A DNA stretch of 64,000 bases from an uncultured Chloroflexia bacterium (GTDB lineage Bacteria > Chloroflexota > Limnocylindria > Limnocylindrales > CSP1-4): the NCBI GenBank assembly GCA_963704775.1, contig CAVPHR010000006.1, positions 133,391 to 197,390 on the forward strand, in the 5' to 3' direction. This document shows positions 63,113 through 64,000 of this stretch, one piece after another. The notes beneath the pieces were generated by a model that was given only the letters and a program-made list of their open reading frames with translations, ran no database searches and was not told the DNA's origin. The position numbers were made by a program, and so were the translations under genes. How positions within the stretch are numbered: the first letter of the stretch is position 1; every line of letters begins with the position of its first letter.

Positions 63113-63732
63113 AGGATCGGCTCCATGCGCATGACGTTCGAGCGGTCGAACGTGATCCCGTTGCCGCTCCCGACGAAGGTCCGAAGGGGGGTCACGAACG
63201 CGTGGTCGTAGAAGATCCGCACGCCGACGTGGTCGATCCCGGTGTGGCTACCGCCGCCGGTCGCCCAGGGGCAACCAGCCATGATGTTGCACCGGCTTGT
63301 CTCCGGGTACCCGTCGCTGGTCAGGGAGTAGTAGATCGGGGTCGTCGTCAGGTCGGGTCGGGTGCAGTTGACCGCGACGGAGAGGTTTCGCGTGTAGACG
63401 GTCTTGGTCCCCACGCTGTAGTCATCGCCGTTGGACTTCGCGCGGTAGATCTCAACCCGGACGATCCTGGCGTGATTGGCCGGCGCTGCGACGTCGCTCT
63501 CGATGCCGCCGAGGATCACGCAGTCCGCGCCGCCGGTCGCTCCGGCCTCTGCCGCGGCGAGGGCCGCGTTACGTGACGCGTAGTTGACGGCCAGGATCGC
63601 GTTGAACGAGAAGGCGAACTCGATGACCCCGAGGAACAGGATGAAGAACATCGGGAAGACCAGGGCGAACTCGACCAGGGTCTGTCCGGTGGAGCTGTCC
63701 TGGCGGCGCTTGCGACGGCGGAGGACAGTCAC
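63109..63732 (-). CDS. TadE/TadF-like pseudopilin
   Basis: GQTLVEFALVFPMFFILFLGVIEFAFSF. Overlaps its neighbours by 4 bp. Confidence 0.65.
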   Translation of the reverse strand: MTVLRRRKRRQDSSTGQTLVEFALVFPMFFILFLGVIEFAFSFNAILAVNYASRNAALAAAEAGATGGADCVILGGIESDVAAPANHARIVRVEIYRAKSNGDDYSVGTKTVYTRNLSVAVNCTRPDLTTTPIYYSLTSDGYPETSRCNIMAGCPWATGGGSHTGIDHVGVRIFYDHAFVTPLRTFVGSGNGITFDRSNVMRMEPIL

Positions 63733-63734
63733 GT

Positions 63735-63886
63735 TCGAGCCCCCTGCGACGGTGCCGAAGGGCTATCCAGCCAGGTCGTCGTGGTCTCGGTCGGGGTGCC
63801 CTGGCAGGCAGCCACAGCCAGGATCGCCAGGAGGGCGACCAGGAGGGCGCGGGAGCGAGACGCGGTGGTCTGAGGATTCGCCACGA
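63735..63886 (-). CDS. small lipoprotein (about 50 aa), coupled (GTGA) to the TadE-like gene
   Basis: GTG start with an AAGGA RBS. Leader ALLVALLAILAVAAC (lipobox VAAC), then a Thr-rich tail. Confidence 0.4.
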
Positions 63887-64000
63887 TGATCCTTCGGCGA
63901 GCGATGAGTTCGACCTCACGATCGTAGATGGGGCCGCACCTGATCCAAGAGGGCCGGTGGTTCCGGTGCTCTGCGCCGATAGTCCCAAGATCGGGAAGAC

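Overview
High-GC (about 70%) actinobacterial-type chromosomal window with many overlapping spurious antisense ORFs; gene calls rest on recognisable protein families, start-codon and RBS context, and translational coupling (ATGA/GTGA overlaps). No homology search or GC calculation could be run; all family assignments are from reading the translations.

Content, 5' to 3':
- 1-10.1 kb: tail of a methylmalonyl-CoA mutase catalytic subunit, a membrane-embedded alpha/beta hydrolase, thioredoxin, a divergent ArsR/threonine-dehydratase pair with an operator palindrome, a Pro-rich membrane protein, a zincin-like peptidase, an alpha/beta hydrolase, an HDAC-family amidohydrolase and a lipoprotein.
- 10.2-21.7 kb: a block where essentially every gene carries one or more 1-bp frameshifts. 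Affected genes are a DinB-like protein, folE, a DUF1905 protein, a MarR regulator with a DUF4097 protein, a DrrAB-like ABC exporter, a DUF3052 protein, the mutase B12-binding subunit, MeaB, a 3-hydroxyacyl-CoA dehydrogenase, an acyl-CoA dehydrogenase, a thiolase and an aldehyde dehydrogenase. The likeliest cause is sequencing or assembly indels; real pseudogenes are possible.
- 22-25.3 kb: intact MMPL transporter and a methyltransferase.
- 25.3-35.9 kb: a sugar locus under a DeoR regulator, with an ABC importer, a GH4 glycosidase, an AgaS-like SIS protein, an amidohydrolase and a divergent aldolase plus two PfkB kinases. This looks like a non-PTS galactosamine/tagatose-6-phosphate-type pathway.
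- 35.9-38.3 kb: a TrkA/RCK protein and a lipoprotein.
- 38.5-43.3 kb: tRNA-Lys(CTT) followed by an integrase-less block of secreted, membrane and LPXTG-anchored proteins with Cna-B-like domains, ending in a terminator.
- 43.4-48 kb: carA and carB.
- 48-53.7 kb: CopC and a CopD-like protein, a small membrane protein, an F420-type LLM oxidoreductase, a 71-aa protein and an ArsR-like regulator with a large N-terminal domain, with CTAAC/GTTAG palindromes.
- 53.8-56.7 kb: an M16 peptidase pair.
- 56.8-58.9 kb: an unusual ECF sigma/anti-sigma module. A secreted, completely disordered acidic repeat protein sits upstream, and its PT/ET repeats and Asp/Gly/His-rich tail are duplicated in the anti-sigma ectodomain.
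- 58.9-64 kb: a truncated PfkB-like pseudoenzyme, an SRAP/YedK peptidase, and a partial Tad-type pilus locus at the window edge with two TadE-like proteins, a 744-aa TadG-like protein and a small lipoprotein.
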